DNA of 41,315 bases, taken from Vezdaea acicularis (taxonomy: Eukaryota). The stretch spans positions 1 to 41,315 of the forward strand of contig JAPEUI010000130.1 of NCBI GenBank assembly GCA_026025075.1, written 5' to 3'. Within the stretch, counting starts at the first letter, position 1, and each line of letters starts with the position of its first letter. Below the pieces are notes generated by a model. That model was not told the origin of the DNA, made no database searches, and worked only from the letters and a program-made list of their open reading frames with translations. Position numbers and translations under genes: made by a program. Below, one piece after another: positions 1 through 11,910 of the stretch.

Positions 1-18
1 GATGTGTATAAGAGACAG
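1..18 (+). other. Nextera/Tn5 mosaic-end adapter remnant (assembly artefact)
   Basis: GATGTGTATAAGAGACAG is 18 of the 19 nt of the Tn5 mosaic end AGATGTGTATAAGAGACAG, located exactly at the sequence start. Confidence 0.97.
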
Positions 19-2328
19 GGGGCGATCATTGTCGCCGTTTGTATGCGACGCGGCTCGGGGGGGCCAGTTGTCGATGGAGGTCGATGCTCGAGAGGGGAAC
101 CATGCGGGACGACGTCGCCGTCGCCGCGTTCGATCGCGGACTGCTGCTGCTGCTTCATGTGGGGGGCCCGGGAAGAGGGCGATGTGGAGGAGTTGGGATC
201 GAGATGGCCATGGCGGAAAGGGGAAGGGGCATCGCATCATCTCCAGACGAGCAGAAGCGGAAAGGACGTCCTTCTCTCCTCTCCCTCTCTCTCCACTTGC
301 AGATGCCGGTAGTGACGCGGTCACGGCGGCGTCCGCGTCTGGAGAAGTGACCCATCACTTACGCACCTGCCCGTGCTCGTCGGCTGTCCAATGTCGGATG
401 TCGGATGTCTGATGCCATCGACACAAGAAGAAAGCCCGCCCCCTCGCATCGAGGGGATCGGCATCGACAAACCAGGGTACGGCCAGCTCCCCGTCGCGGA
501 GGCAAGGCCGGTGTGATGTGCGCCAGCCTCCTGTCAACGGCCTAGCGCGTCTCCCCCCCCCCCACAGTTCCACCTCCCTTCCGCGCATCCATCAGGGTTG
601 TTCGAGTGCGTTTGGATGGGCGTGGACGGTGCCTACTGCCTACACCGCCGCCCGGATGACTTCGTCCCGTCGATAAGGGAGAAATCCTTCTGCCACTGGT
701 CCGCGGCGCGCACCGTTTCGAAGAGCGATAACATCAGCCGCCACGCGGAACGCAAACGTCCAGTGCGCCGATGACCTCAACAGTCCCCCCTCCCCCCCGC
801 CAGGCCCTGCATGGGGGGGCCAGCCAGCTCCTTCCTTTCCGGCCGGGGTCGTAGGGCGGTGACGATGCGACGCGCCCCGCACCCTTTCTGCCCCACCCGC
901 CAAATTTAGCCGAGCCCCGCCCCATGCAGCGACCGCAATCGCCGTTCCCCGGATTCGACAGGCTGAGCCAGAAGAAGGCGTGCGGGGCCAGCGAGGAGGA
1001 GCCGATATCGCCGATCCCCCGCGGCTGTCGTGCGGTCAACACGGGGGGTGGACGCTGGCTCCGCGAAGGGGGGTCGTCGCGCATCGTCTTCTCCGCATCG
1101 CGCGATAAGAGACCAACAGCAAAGTCGTCGGCGGCTCCTTTCTGTTGGTTCGCACCGACGATGCTTATCGAATACCACTGCGCTCCTCATCCGATACCTT
1201 CCGTTCTCGCCCACACGCACGCACATGTGCCCCCCCCCTCTTTCTGGCGCCAGCTTCAGGGTCTCTTTTTCCCGCGGCGCATGGATCCGTACGGCTTATC
1301 TCCCCCGTCTCGTCGCCGGCAGGGACGGAAGGTGGAGGGGTCGGCGACGACGGGAGCGGAGAGGATGAGCTGGGCCCGTCTGGGGGCCGTTTGGGCCGTT
1401 TGCATACGTGATTTGTGGGGTTCGGTTCGTTGGGTGGAGATTAGGTTTTTCGTGGTCGCACCTTAGCGGCACATGGCGAGCCCGCTTGATGGGGGAGTGG
1501 GGGCGACACCGTATCGCCGTGACGCAGCGACGAGCAAGAAACCTTCTCCGGGCCGTCCGCTTATACGCGGGACTTCGTTGGGCGGGCAAGCATCAGACTT
1601 TCATTTGGATCCGCGAAGCGCAAGATGCAACATGGCGTCGAGCGGATCCCATGAGGCTGTGGCGTAGTCGATAAATCCTGTCGTGCCCTCCACACATACA
1701 GAGTCAGCCTTCTCGAGTGCTTGCCGGTCATCGCGGCCACCCGACTTCCCCGGCGCACTCACTTATCGAGCCTATCACCACCCGGCTAGACCACCCTTTC
1801 TCGTGCATGGTTAGGAGCTTGCGAGTATATTCAGACACGGCGAGAAACTTCAACATTCCCTTGTGATTGATCATATACACGATGAGCTGGTCCGGTGCGT
1901 GATCCAATCGCCTTGTCAGCGAGTGCCTGACGAAGTATTGGTGCGTCGGGGGGGCCCTGACGCGGCAGCGGCTTGTGTCGTGGATCCCTGGTTCCTCACC
2001 TTCATCGACTACCAAAAATCGAGAGAGAGAGTCTTGGCGAAAACTCCCCGGGATGAACGATGCCGCTAATCTTTCCAGCTTTGCCTACCATCATCTGCTC
2101 CGCACAAGAGAAAGAGGACGCCCCGCTGCATCGTGATGAGACATCACAGTGTGATGATTCCCATGGCCCATGCGTAATACGTTAGAGCTTGGTGGGGGTC
2201 AGTCGCTTGTAAGGCGTGATCGGGTACCGGCGGCATAACAACAAGACCGGGGGAGCTCATCAAGGCGAGCGGCGATCTGCTCTGCTGCGTACAATTCTTC
2301 AGGAGCCAGCTTCATCTCCGTGCAGAGC

Positions 2329-3801
2329 TCAGTCAGCCTCAAGCATGTCTTGTTGGGACGCTCCATGCCCATCAGGGTTCGAAGTATCGTCAGCAACATC
2401 GTCCTCTGCTCCCCAACCGTATTCGTCCTCTGATCCTTCGACTCTATCCTCCTCAGACTGACTCTCAGCGATCTCGCGACGTTTACGTTTTCGAGTTGTC
2501 ATAGTTTGCATCGTCCCTGGTGGATTGGAAGGCACGGAAGCCAAAGGAGGCGGCGCTCCTCGTAATCCTTCCTGGCGTTTGTCAGACTTCAAGGTAATCG
2601 ACAAGGTCATCCTTGACTTACTGCACGGATTTCAAACCTAATTAGAGCTCCAACGCTTCCGCTGTTGCCATGCGCTGCACCTCTAGCTCTCAAAACTCCG
2701 GCCAGCCTTGTGGGAGCGGACTCTTCTAGATCTTCGCCGGCTGCACCATCCCTCTGAAGCGGCCAGTCTCCTAGGAGCACTACGCGTCTGACGATCCCTG
2801 AGTCCCAAGGCGATGATGATATCGCAGGAGCGATGACCAAATTCGACTCGAGACGCATCTTTGTAGTGCATTGGCTCGTGAGGAGTATTGCTAAATTCCT
2901 CGTCGCCGCCAGCTTATCTAGTCTCGTGATGAAATCTCCCTGCACCGTCAGTCTTCTACCAGCCACCCATTGTGCTAGATCTTGTTCTGCCTTGAGCGGC
3001 TGTCCGTTCAGTCCCGAACGTGGCCCCTTTTCCATGGCCCTCGGAAAAGCAATGTTGAACGGGGTGTTGATTGATTCGAGCACGATCAGACTCGTCTTCT
3101 CAAGTGGGAAAGAATCCCCTGGATGAAAAAGTAAAGTGAAGAGAAACGGCAGTGACGGAGTTTGAAAGTGGTGAAAATGTTGTAATCTAGTCTTTACCGA
3201 TGGCTCTTTTGAAGACTCTTGGCCTGAACAATAGCTCGAGGCTTCCAGAATTTTTTCAAGTCGGCGACCATCTATTGGCGTCCCGCAATCTTAAGAGATT
3301 CATCAGCGTTTCTGATGTCAACTGGTACATAGAGTCTGGCGACTCCTTCTGTAACGTACGAGACACCAAGGAGTCACGGACCTACCCAAACGACGTGCTC
3401 TTCTTGAACAAGGGCACTAGCGCTTGCTTGCATGCTGAATAGAATCAGCTGCTGCTACATGTTCTAATGGGACGATAAAAGTCACTCACGCAAGAGACGT
3501 TTTACCCGCTCCCGGCGGTCCATAGATTTCTGTCAATTGACCACGCGGAAGTCCTCCACTCTTGCCATTCTGCTTTCCTTCGCTTTCATCTGTTCCTATT
3601 AGAACGGCATCCAACTGGCTGATGCCCGTACTAATCGGTTGAGACGATGAGGGCAAGCTCAGTGTCTGAAGAGCTTGAGACGCAGATATCGTAGCTAGGC
3701 GATCTATTATAAGATAGACTTAGCTAGCGATAGTTAAGGACTAGAATTTACAACCTACGCGATGAGGATGAAGTGAAATTATTGGCGTCATGACCAGCCA
3801 T
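2329..3801 (-). CDS. RAD55: RecA/Rad51-paralog DNA repair protein, Rad55/Rhp55-like (multi-exon)
   Basis: Manual splicing gives MAGHDANNFTSSS-HRLATISASQAL...ISTGISQLDAVL...GGLPRGQLTEIYGPPGAGKT (Walker A). Later exons give LIVLES (Walker B-like), LAATRNLAILLTSQ, WDSGIVRRVVL and a C-terminal RKRKRREIAESQSEE...EDEYGW tail. GT-AG introns. Start codon and internal exon limits are approximate. Confidence 0.8.
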
Positions 3802-4309
3802 GCTGAACAAGGGATGTTTCTATAAAGATTCCCTGGGGAGATCGAAGAACAGGATCAACGGCTTGCCAGATTAATCTACCTCCAGCACATAATAGTAAGA
3901 CTGCTGCAACTGTAAATCGCAAAAAAAAGTTTCCGTGCCCATCCTGAGAGCGTGTGATTTCAGAATCTCACATTTTATAGTCCAAATTTGTATGGAAAAG
4001 GTTGATAAATTCAGAACGCTTGACCTTCCCAATTCGTAGGCTACCTCGGGTAGTCCGAATAATTTTTTGCAAGGCGATTTAGAGAACCCTGCCTGCGAGG
4101 CGAATACTTCCCATTCTCGCATGGGCGGATGATTATATAGCATCAGAACCGTCCTTTGAACGTCATTGCGCCTATCAACTTGGATAAATTTGTTGCATAG
4201 CTGCGTTTGTGCGATCACCATATCACTTTGCAGTAGACTTTCGCTCTCTACTATCGTTCCTGGTCATTGCCATATTTGTTTTTTATTGATAGTCTCTTAC
4301 TGAAAGATT

Positions 4310-5931
4310 ATGCTGTCGAGTTCTTCTCTCGTTTTCTACACTCAAGCTGCTGTTTATGTACACCAAGCCATATCACGTTCGACACGTAAGGGTTAAGTTG
4401 TGCTCTAAGTTGTCTTGTCTCGATTTCACGCAAAGTCCCCATAAGATCCGCTCAAGATGCCTTTAATCAAGATGGATTTCCTCCCTCGGTATGAGTTGTC
4501 CGCAGAAAAATGGTTCCTAATAATCTTCTCGACCTGTGTTTGTCCGATTCTTTGGATATTGTTTTCTGACCTCTCAGAGAAGAGAACGAATAGGATCAAC
4601 CCAAAGGGCTGCAGTAGGCGGGGGCTACGGATCCAAAGTCGTCTTGCCGACCAGCATGACCAGAAATATTCTAGAGGTTTCCCTTCTGGAAAGGACGATG
4701 ACGGCAACCCGAGATGGAAGGTCAAGAGCATAATGGAGTATCCTCTCAAAAGCTGTGGTGAAACAGAGCTGAATAGGGCAACTGTGCGAAAGACTGGCCT
4801 ACAGTACGATCGCCAGTTTGCGTTTGCCACTAGAGTTGTCTCCGGCCCAGACAATTCAGACGGGTGGAAGTTTGAAACCCGGCGGTATTATCACAAGCTG
4901 GCATTAGTGAAAGCCGAAGTGTGGGCACCGGATCCGTCGTCTCCCACCTACTCACCTGGGACTACAGACGTTCTCAGCGGTGGTGTCATGGTCGTGAGCT
5001 TCCCCGGGAATCGATCTCAGGGCCAAATCTCACGTATTCTTGCATCAATCGGAGTTTTAAGTAAACCCGTCGAATCTTTCAGCTTTCCCCTCTCCCCCAC
5101 GCCCAAGCAAATCCAAAAGCACAATTACCCTATAGAGAAGCTCAAAATCTGGAGAGATGCCCCAGAAGCGCTGAATATGAGCGTCCACGTACCCCCTGAG
5201 CTAGGCAAATTCCTTGGCATCAGAGAGGGCAGAGCCTTGGGGCTTTTTAGAGTCATCCCGGGGCATGAACGGGAAATATTCAGAGCTGCACCGACCAAGG
5301 AAGAGCTTGGCTGGCAACCCATCTGCGGTTTTGCGGACGCGGTGATTTTCCACCTCCTTAGGTTAGATCGTGCTAGTTGTGCTAATTGAAACAAAAAGAA
5401 TCCCTTGAGCCTTCAGAATCTAGCTAGCGTACATGCAGTTGCTGCCGAAATCCCCCCCGGCACGATACCACAGCTTGATGTCCTACGCTTCCGCCCGAAT
5501 ATAATAAGTACGCTCCCATATACCGATGCAAGTCCTTTCTCGCTGACCTTCCAACAGTTACCGGCCCTCCCGCTTTCGACGAAGATACCTGGAAACGAAT
5601 ACGCATTGGAAAATCCTATTTCCGGGTGTATACTCAATGCACTCGTTGTCAACTACCCAACGTAGATCCTCAAACAGGCGAAAAGCACACGACGGAGCCC
5701 TTTAAAACCTTAAAGCGAATCAGAAAGATAGTAGATAAGGACGGCAAGGAGCAGTGTGCATTAGGAATGGACTTCTTACCAGAGGCAGAAGGTACGCTTT
5801 CCCGAACTCCTCAACGGTAAGTAATTATTGTCAGATTGCTAAGATGCGTCGTAACACCAGAATGTGAAGTCAAGGTTGGAGACGAGGTTGAAGTTCTAGA
5901 GAGGGTGGAGCACTTGTATGCACCGATTTAA
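4310..5931 (+). CDS. MOSC-domain (mARC-like, molybdenum cofactor sulfurase C-terminal) protein with N-terminal hydrophobic segment; 5 exons
   Basis: MOSC_N motif IMEYPLKSC...GLQYDRQFAF. Spliced MOSC core GFADA-NPLSLQNLASV...RFRPNII-TGPPAFDEDTW...CTRCQLPNVDP...VKVGDEVEVL. Exon 4310-4385 splices in frame into the 4457 ORF; stop TAA at 5929-5931. Confidence 0.88.
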
Positions 5932-6426
5932 ATCATGACGAGGGTGATACGTAAGCCGCTCCTTATGAACTTCGGGGTTGTCTCGCAGTCTTTCAATGAA
6001 CGGCACTACTGAGGACCATGAGTGGTCTTGTATGAAGTGAACGTATCCATCAATGACGGCTTATGTGTTCAGACGGGCATGTTGCAGCTCTCACTGTCAA
6101 GTCATCTCAGAGGGGAGATCTGTCTTTCATTATCTTTTCTATCACTACATAGTTACATTGTAAAATCTCAGAGGCGCTACCCATTCCAATGCTTATGCAC
6201 AGACTGACCATTTCTCTACCATGATTCGAATGTGGGAGAAGGATTTAATAACAAGGTTGGAAGAAAAAAGGAGGCATCCCTTGAGTTTACAGAAACGCCA
6301 CCAGCCAAAGTGGAGACCGAGGAGATATGCATACAGGGTTTGAGGGGGGGCTAGATGTGTGATGTGACTGGAATGGCGGCGCTATGCTTTGATTTGACAT
6401 CGCTTCTCGTTCCAAGATGTACGGTC

Positions 6427-8649
6427 TCAAGGCTTCTTCTCACCCTCAGTACCCGGCTGCCCTTCGTCTGGCTTTCCCTCACCAGCTGGCTGCTCTGACT
6501 TTTGTTCGTTACTCTGCTCTGCCCGAGCTTTGTGCATCTTATCGAACAGGTTCAAGCTCGCCATTTGCAGCTCATCTGTCTTCTCTTTCAGCTCAGCCGC
6601 TGTCGCGGTGCCTTCTCCAGCCTGGCTTTTCGAGACAAATTCTCTTAATGATGCGATCTTCTCCCGAATAGCGTCAGATTCGGTCTTATCGAGTCGGTCT
6701 TGGAAGTCTTTGAGGGCCTTCTCAGTATCATTCAAGACACTATCAGCGCGGTTTGCAGCCTCGATGGCGTTCTTGCGTTCCTTATCTTGCTCGCCATAGC
6801 GTTCCGCATCATCCACCATATTTTGAATCTCGGAGTCAGAAAGACCAGATCCAGAAGCGATGGTGATGGATTGATCCTTGTTGGTGGATTTGTCCTTGGC
6901 GTGAACATGAACAATAGAATCAGCATCTATATCGAAGGTAACCTCGACTTGTGGCACACCGCGATGCGCAGGTGGAATACCAACAAGCTGGAAGTTTCCG
7001 AGCAACTTGTTGTCTCTGACAAGCTCACGCTCGCCTTGATAGACCTTGATTTCCACAGCAGTCTGGAAATCCGCTGCGGTGGAGAATATTTGTGACTTTT
7101 TGGTAGGGATTGTAGTGTTTCGGTTTATGAGACGAGTGAAAACACCACCCAGTGTCTCGATTCCTAGGGAAAGGGGAGTAACGTCAAGCAACAAAACATC
7201 CATAACCTCACCAGCAAGAACGGCCCCCTGGATGGCAGCTCCCATAGCAACTGCTTCGTCGGGATTAACACTCTTCGCCGGATCTCGACCGAAAATGCTC
7301 TTGACAGACTCTGTCACCTTTGGCATGCGCGTCATACCACCGACAAGGATGACTTCCTGAATATCCTTTGCTTGAAGGTTGGCATCTTTGAGTGCTTTGC
7401 GAACCGGATCGATAGTACGTTGAATAAGTGGGTCGACCAAGCTCTCAAGCTGGGATCTGCTGATCTTGGAATTGATGTGCTTGGGGCCCGAGGCGTCCGC
7501 GGTGATGAAGGGGAGATTGATGTCGGTTTGCAGAGACGATGACAGTTCAATCTTCGCCTTCTCCGCAGCCTCTCGAATCCGTTGAATAGCCATACGATCA
7601 TTAGAAAGGTCGATGCCCGAGTCGTTCTTGAATTGTTTGACAAGGTGTCGTACTAATAGAATATCGAAGTCTTCGCCACCAAGATGGGTATCACCGTTGG
7701 TGGATTTGACCTCAAATACTCCTTTTTGGATCTCGAGAACTGAAATATCGAAGGTACCGCCACCCAAATCGTACACCGCAATAATCCGATCGGCTTCCTT
7801 TTCCAGACCATACGCCAAAGCAGCAGCTGTTGGCTCGTTGACCACGCGCAGGACATTTAAACCGGCGATTTGTCCGGCATCTTTGGTAGCTTGTCGTTGG
7901 GAGTCGTTAAAGTACGCAGGGACTGTGACAACACCATTTTTAATATTTTTGTTAAGATAAGCTTCGGCGGTCTCCTTCATCTTCTGCAAGACGAATCCAC
8001 CAATTTGAGATGGTGAGTACTTTTGCCCCCGAGCTTCTACCCAAGCATCACCGTTTGTATGCTGGACAATCTTGTAGGGGACTTCTTTAATGTCACGCTG
8101 GCACTCGGCATCGGTGTACTTCCGTCCGATTAGACGTTTGGTAGCAAACAGTGTGTTCTCAGGGTTGACAACTGCTTGTCGTTTTGCAGAAATACCAACA
8201 AGACGTTCGCCGTCTTGTGCGAAAGCGACAACAGATGGTGTCGTCCTAGCACCTGTAAAGGCCATTAGATATGGACAACCAGCTTCAGGGGCTTCTTGTT
8301 ACCTTCCGAATTCTCGATGATCTTTGGGACTTTCCCTTCCATAACAGCGACTGCTGAGTTTGTCGTCCCTTGATGAATATTCGTGAGTGATAGAATCATT
8401 TACAGAAGTGGTGGTCATGTAAGAACCTACCCAGATCGATGCCAATCACCTGGCCTTTGACCTTTTCTTCCCCCGCATCGGCATAACTTCGAGCGAATGA
8501 TGCGCCAAAGGGACGTTTGATATTTGCAGACCGCGTGAAGGCGGACGTTGCCCTTGGTAGCTATGAGAGTAAAGCATTAGATATAATCGAGCTTAGAGCT
8601 TAAGCGTCTTCGAGATACTCACGGAACGACTTAACCGCTGCGATAACAT
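6427..8649 (-). CDS. SSC1: Mitochondrial Hsp70 chaperone (DnaK-type)
   Basis: Presequence-like N-terminus [17 protein letters not shown]...; [59 protein letters not shown]; no C-terminal EEVD. Three short 5' exons plus the 612-aa ORF. Confidence 0.97.
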
Positions 8650-8788
8650 CGTTGCAATACTTCACTGAGTATGGTAGATGGCGCAAACTTGCGTGTGAAG
8701 GGAGACCAAGGATAAGGGATAGCCACAAGGATCTGCAGTATATTAAAGTCGATGAGAAGGAGACGGAATGAGACATGAGGCGAGTATG

Positions 8789-8806
8789 ATGGAAATTTTT
8801 CGAAGC
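8789..8806. promoter_or_regulatory. Imperfect heat-shock element in the divergent SSC1/DUF2415 promoter
   Basis: GGAAATTTTTCGAAG matches nGAAnnTTCnnGAAn with one mismatch, ~145 nt upstream of the SSC1 ATG. A CACGTG E-box lies at ~8819. Confidence 0.4.
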
Positions 8807-8923
8807 GATGAGACCATGCACGTGATCTCGGCACGCTACCATTGGCGTCACAGCCATTCGGCAGTTGACCCGCATCTCATAAGAGTTAGTCGGAAACCTC
8901 CATGCTACAGCCGGGCTGCGACT

Positions 8924-11268
8924 ATGACAGTTGATGTGAAAGGGTATAGCATTTCATTTAAGCCTATTTGACGATAATGACATGCGAAACATCACTAAAG
9001 AATGTGCGATCTAGTTTCCGGCCAACTGAGGACTTCGTCCTCGAGACGCCTCGGAAGTATTACCCAGCTATCATACCTGTCGAGTGAGGATGACCGTCTA
9101 CTTTGAGTGGTACTAGGACTAACATTAGACTCAAGACACTGGCAGCTTCGCCAAGTCGTAAGTTCGCCCAATGCGAATACGCTTGTCTATACCGCCGAGG
9201 GCACCATCTATTGCCTAGATACTTCAACTCTCAAATGTGACCGCATAGCCTCATTATCCTACGCCGCAAGATGCTTGGCCACTGGCCATGATTGGGTCTG
9301 CGTAGGTGGAGAAGATGGCCAATTCACGGCCGTCCAGTTGCAGGCAAATCAAACACTTGCTCAAGAATCATCGCTGAGGCAGGCCCAGGTAGATGCATTA
9401 CTACCAGTGGAGCTCGATCCAGAAGCGCGTCGTCGAGCAACTCAATACCTTTCATCAGTGGAAGGGAGGCTGCCAAGTGCAAGGCAAAGAAGGAGCACAT
9501 TTCCTATAAATGAGCAGCTAGGAAGTTCGATAACGAATTCGATCACGATCCATAAACCAAACAAACCTCGGGCAAGCGCTAAGGATTGGGAGCGAGATGA
9601 TACTGTGGCTGTCCTAACGTAAGGCTCTATATCGTAATCTTTGTTTTTGTTATTAAGAAAGTGTAGCAACAATGATCGTACCGTCCGGATATACTCCTTG
9701 ACACAGTCGCGGACCATAACAACGCTGGAGTTTCAATCTGCAATGAACCATGCAACGCTTTCTCCTGACGGAGAGCTGCTTCTTGCTGTTGGGGATGTAG
9801 TTCCGGAGGATAGATCGGTCCCTGTTGTATACTTCTATCGCAAAGCTTGGCGAAATGAAAAGATGCCAGACGGATCCTATGCTCTTGCATCATATGAATG
9901 GGAAATGTGCTCAAGCATTGGCGTTGACCCTGGCTTGGACAGTTCTTTCTGCACGGCTTTCAATCCATCAGGAAACCTTTGCGCAGTAGCGTCTCAGGAT
10001 GGCATGATTGCTATATACGATATTCGTCTCCTAGATGATCCAGATAGGAAGCCTCTACGAGAACTCTTCACTTCATCCAGGCCGGGACTCGAAGTTGGCG
10101 CGATTCGATGCATGCAATTCTCACCTGAGCCCTGGGATTTCCTTGTCTGGACCGAGCACAGTGGCCGAGCCTGCATCGTGGACGTCCGAGATCATTTCAT
10201 TACAAGACAGACATTAGAACTGCGGACTGATCCTGCTTCTGTAGAATGGTTGGACCTTACTGAAGAAGCATCAACTCCGGCAGAAGATTTGATAGATCCT
10301 CTACTCCGAGATTACAACCACTCTGATATTGTGCGTCGATATAGATATTACATCAGAGGCGAGAACGCTGCTGCTGCGGCTAGCTTAGCGAATATTGAAG
10401 CTACTTCTGAGCGTCGACGACAACGGATACCCCGTGCTGAGTCCCCATCCGGGTTCACTGAGCGTGAAAGACAGATCCTCGATGCCCTACGCAGAGACAG
10501 GGACGGGCGTGCTAGAGAAGTGGCCGGCGTGAACTCCATACCTCGAGAGGGCGTTTCTTCGCAAGATCCCGTAAGCATCAACTATCTTCCCCCGCCAGCG
10601 ACCGACTCTCGGGCGCCTCTTATGAGCGCTGAGGATTACATGGCCTTCAGTGCCTCTTGGTCGCCACGTGAATCTCCCACGTCAACCTTGCGAGAATACA
10701 TGAGAGATCGCCAGAATGAACGTGATAGATCTCGCCGCCAAATGTTCCTAGATCCCCGACGTCGAGCATCTTTAATCTTATCTCAGATGGATGAAGCCTC
10801 ACAAATCACTCGAGATACACCAAGTTCTGGACGTGTTTCCTCGCAGACAGACGTTGATCCGTGGAGAACTATTGAAGCTGCTATGGGTGCTGGAACGAAC
10901 ACTGATTCTGCTGCGCGGATAAGACGCATCCGAGAAGCTGATATCGAAGAGAGGTTTCGAAGACGTCAGGATTTACAGAGACGGCAAGAGCTACACGCAA
11001 GGCGCTCTGGCCAGGAGACGAGAAGAGAAGCTTATGGACGAGCTTTCTCTAGCTCCGGTTCCAGAGATGATGCGCTTCCTACGGCAGGTTGCGCCATGAG
11101 TGCAGATGGACGGAAGCTGTAAGTTTTTTTTGTCGGGAAAAAAGGGGCTGGATTTGAATGGTAGAATTAACGCACTCTTTCAGATATATCGGAACGACGG
11201 AAGGTATCATCGAGTACAGCGTAAATGTCAACTCACGAAAATTTTTCCCCGGAATCACCCCAGCTTGA
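8924..11268 (+). CDS. DUF2415-family WD40-repeat protein (multi-exon)
   Basis: Spliced N-terminus MTVDVKG-FRPTEDFVL...-HWQLR; NNDRTVRIYSL; MNHATLSPDG; GAIRCMQFSPEPWDFLVWTEHSGRACIVDVR (DUF2415 signature); last exon YIGTTEGIIEYSVN...* ending at 11268. Confidence 0.85.
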
Positions 11269-11910
11269 AATTATACTTCATTGCATCGCATGGCGTTGGA
11301 GGCTAGCATTTCTCGGACGCAATGGGAAGGTGGCGAATTGAGGCTGTACTTTGGGATATTTACAAGGAAAGTCAAGCCTCGTTACGAAGGCCCTGTCACT
11401 AGCTGGTCTGTCATAGCAAGGCTGGTAGGATTGTAATGGCTTAGTTTTGAGTGTAGCATGAGCGCGAAATGGTACTCAAGATTCTCAAGAGATGTCATCT
11501 CATCATGACTATTGATCGTCATCATCGTCGTAATAATAACACTCGGCTCGAAATACAAAAGATCTGGCCGCGAGGCCGCCCTCCGAATATCTCGAAATAT
11601 GCACGCCATGATAAAGGGAGGAGAAAGCTTAAAGCCACAAAAAGAGGGGAAATACATGCATGCTCGCTTGCCCATTCCACGCAGTATCCTGGGTGGTTAT
11701 CCGCCTTACAATGATGCGTACTACAATAGAATATCGCCGGCACTTCGCTCTATACATATCTCCCATGAAGCGTCCTATGAAAAAGCCCCTGAGAGGAAAA
11801 TGTATGTGATATGTTGCGCCTTTGAGACACTCCCCAAGGTGCTGGTACCCTTGCAGGGCCTGCATCCTCTGAATATATGTATCTGTTTGTCGGATTACTC
11901 TTTCTGTCGT

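Noticed and set aside
2..412. ORFs starting MCIRDR / MYKRQ
   Set aside because: These N-termini are translations of the Nextera adapter; the rest is GC-rich chance ORF.
391..414. (ATGTCGG)x3-like short tandem repeat
   Set aside because: Ordinary short degenerate repeat with no supporting context.
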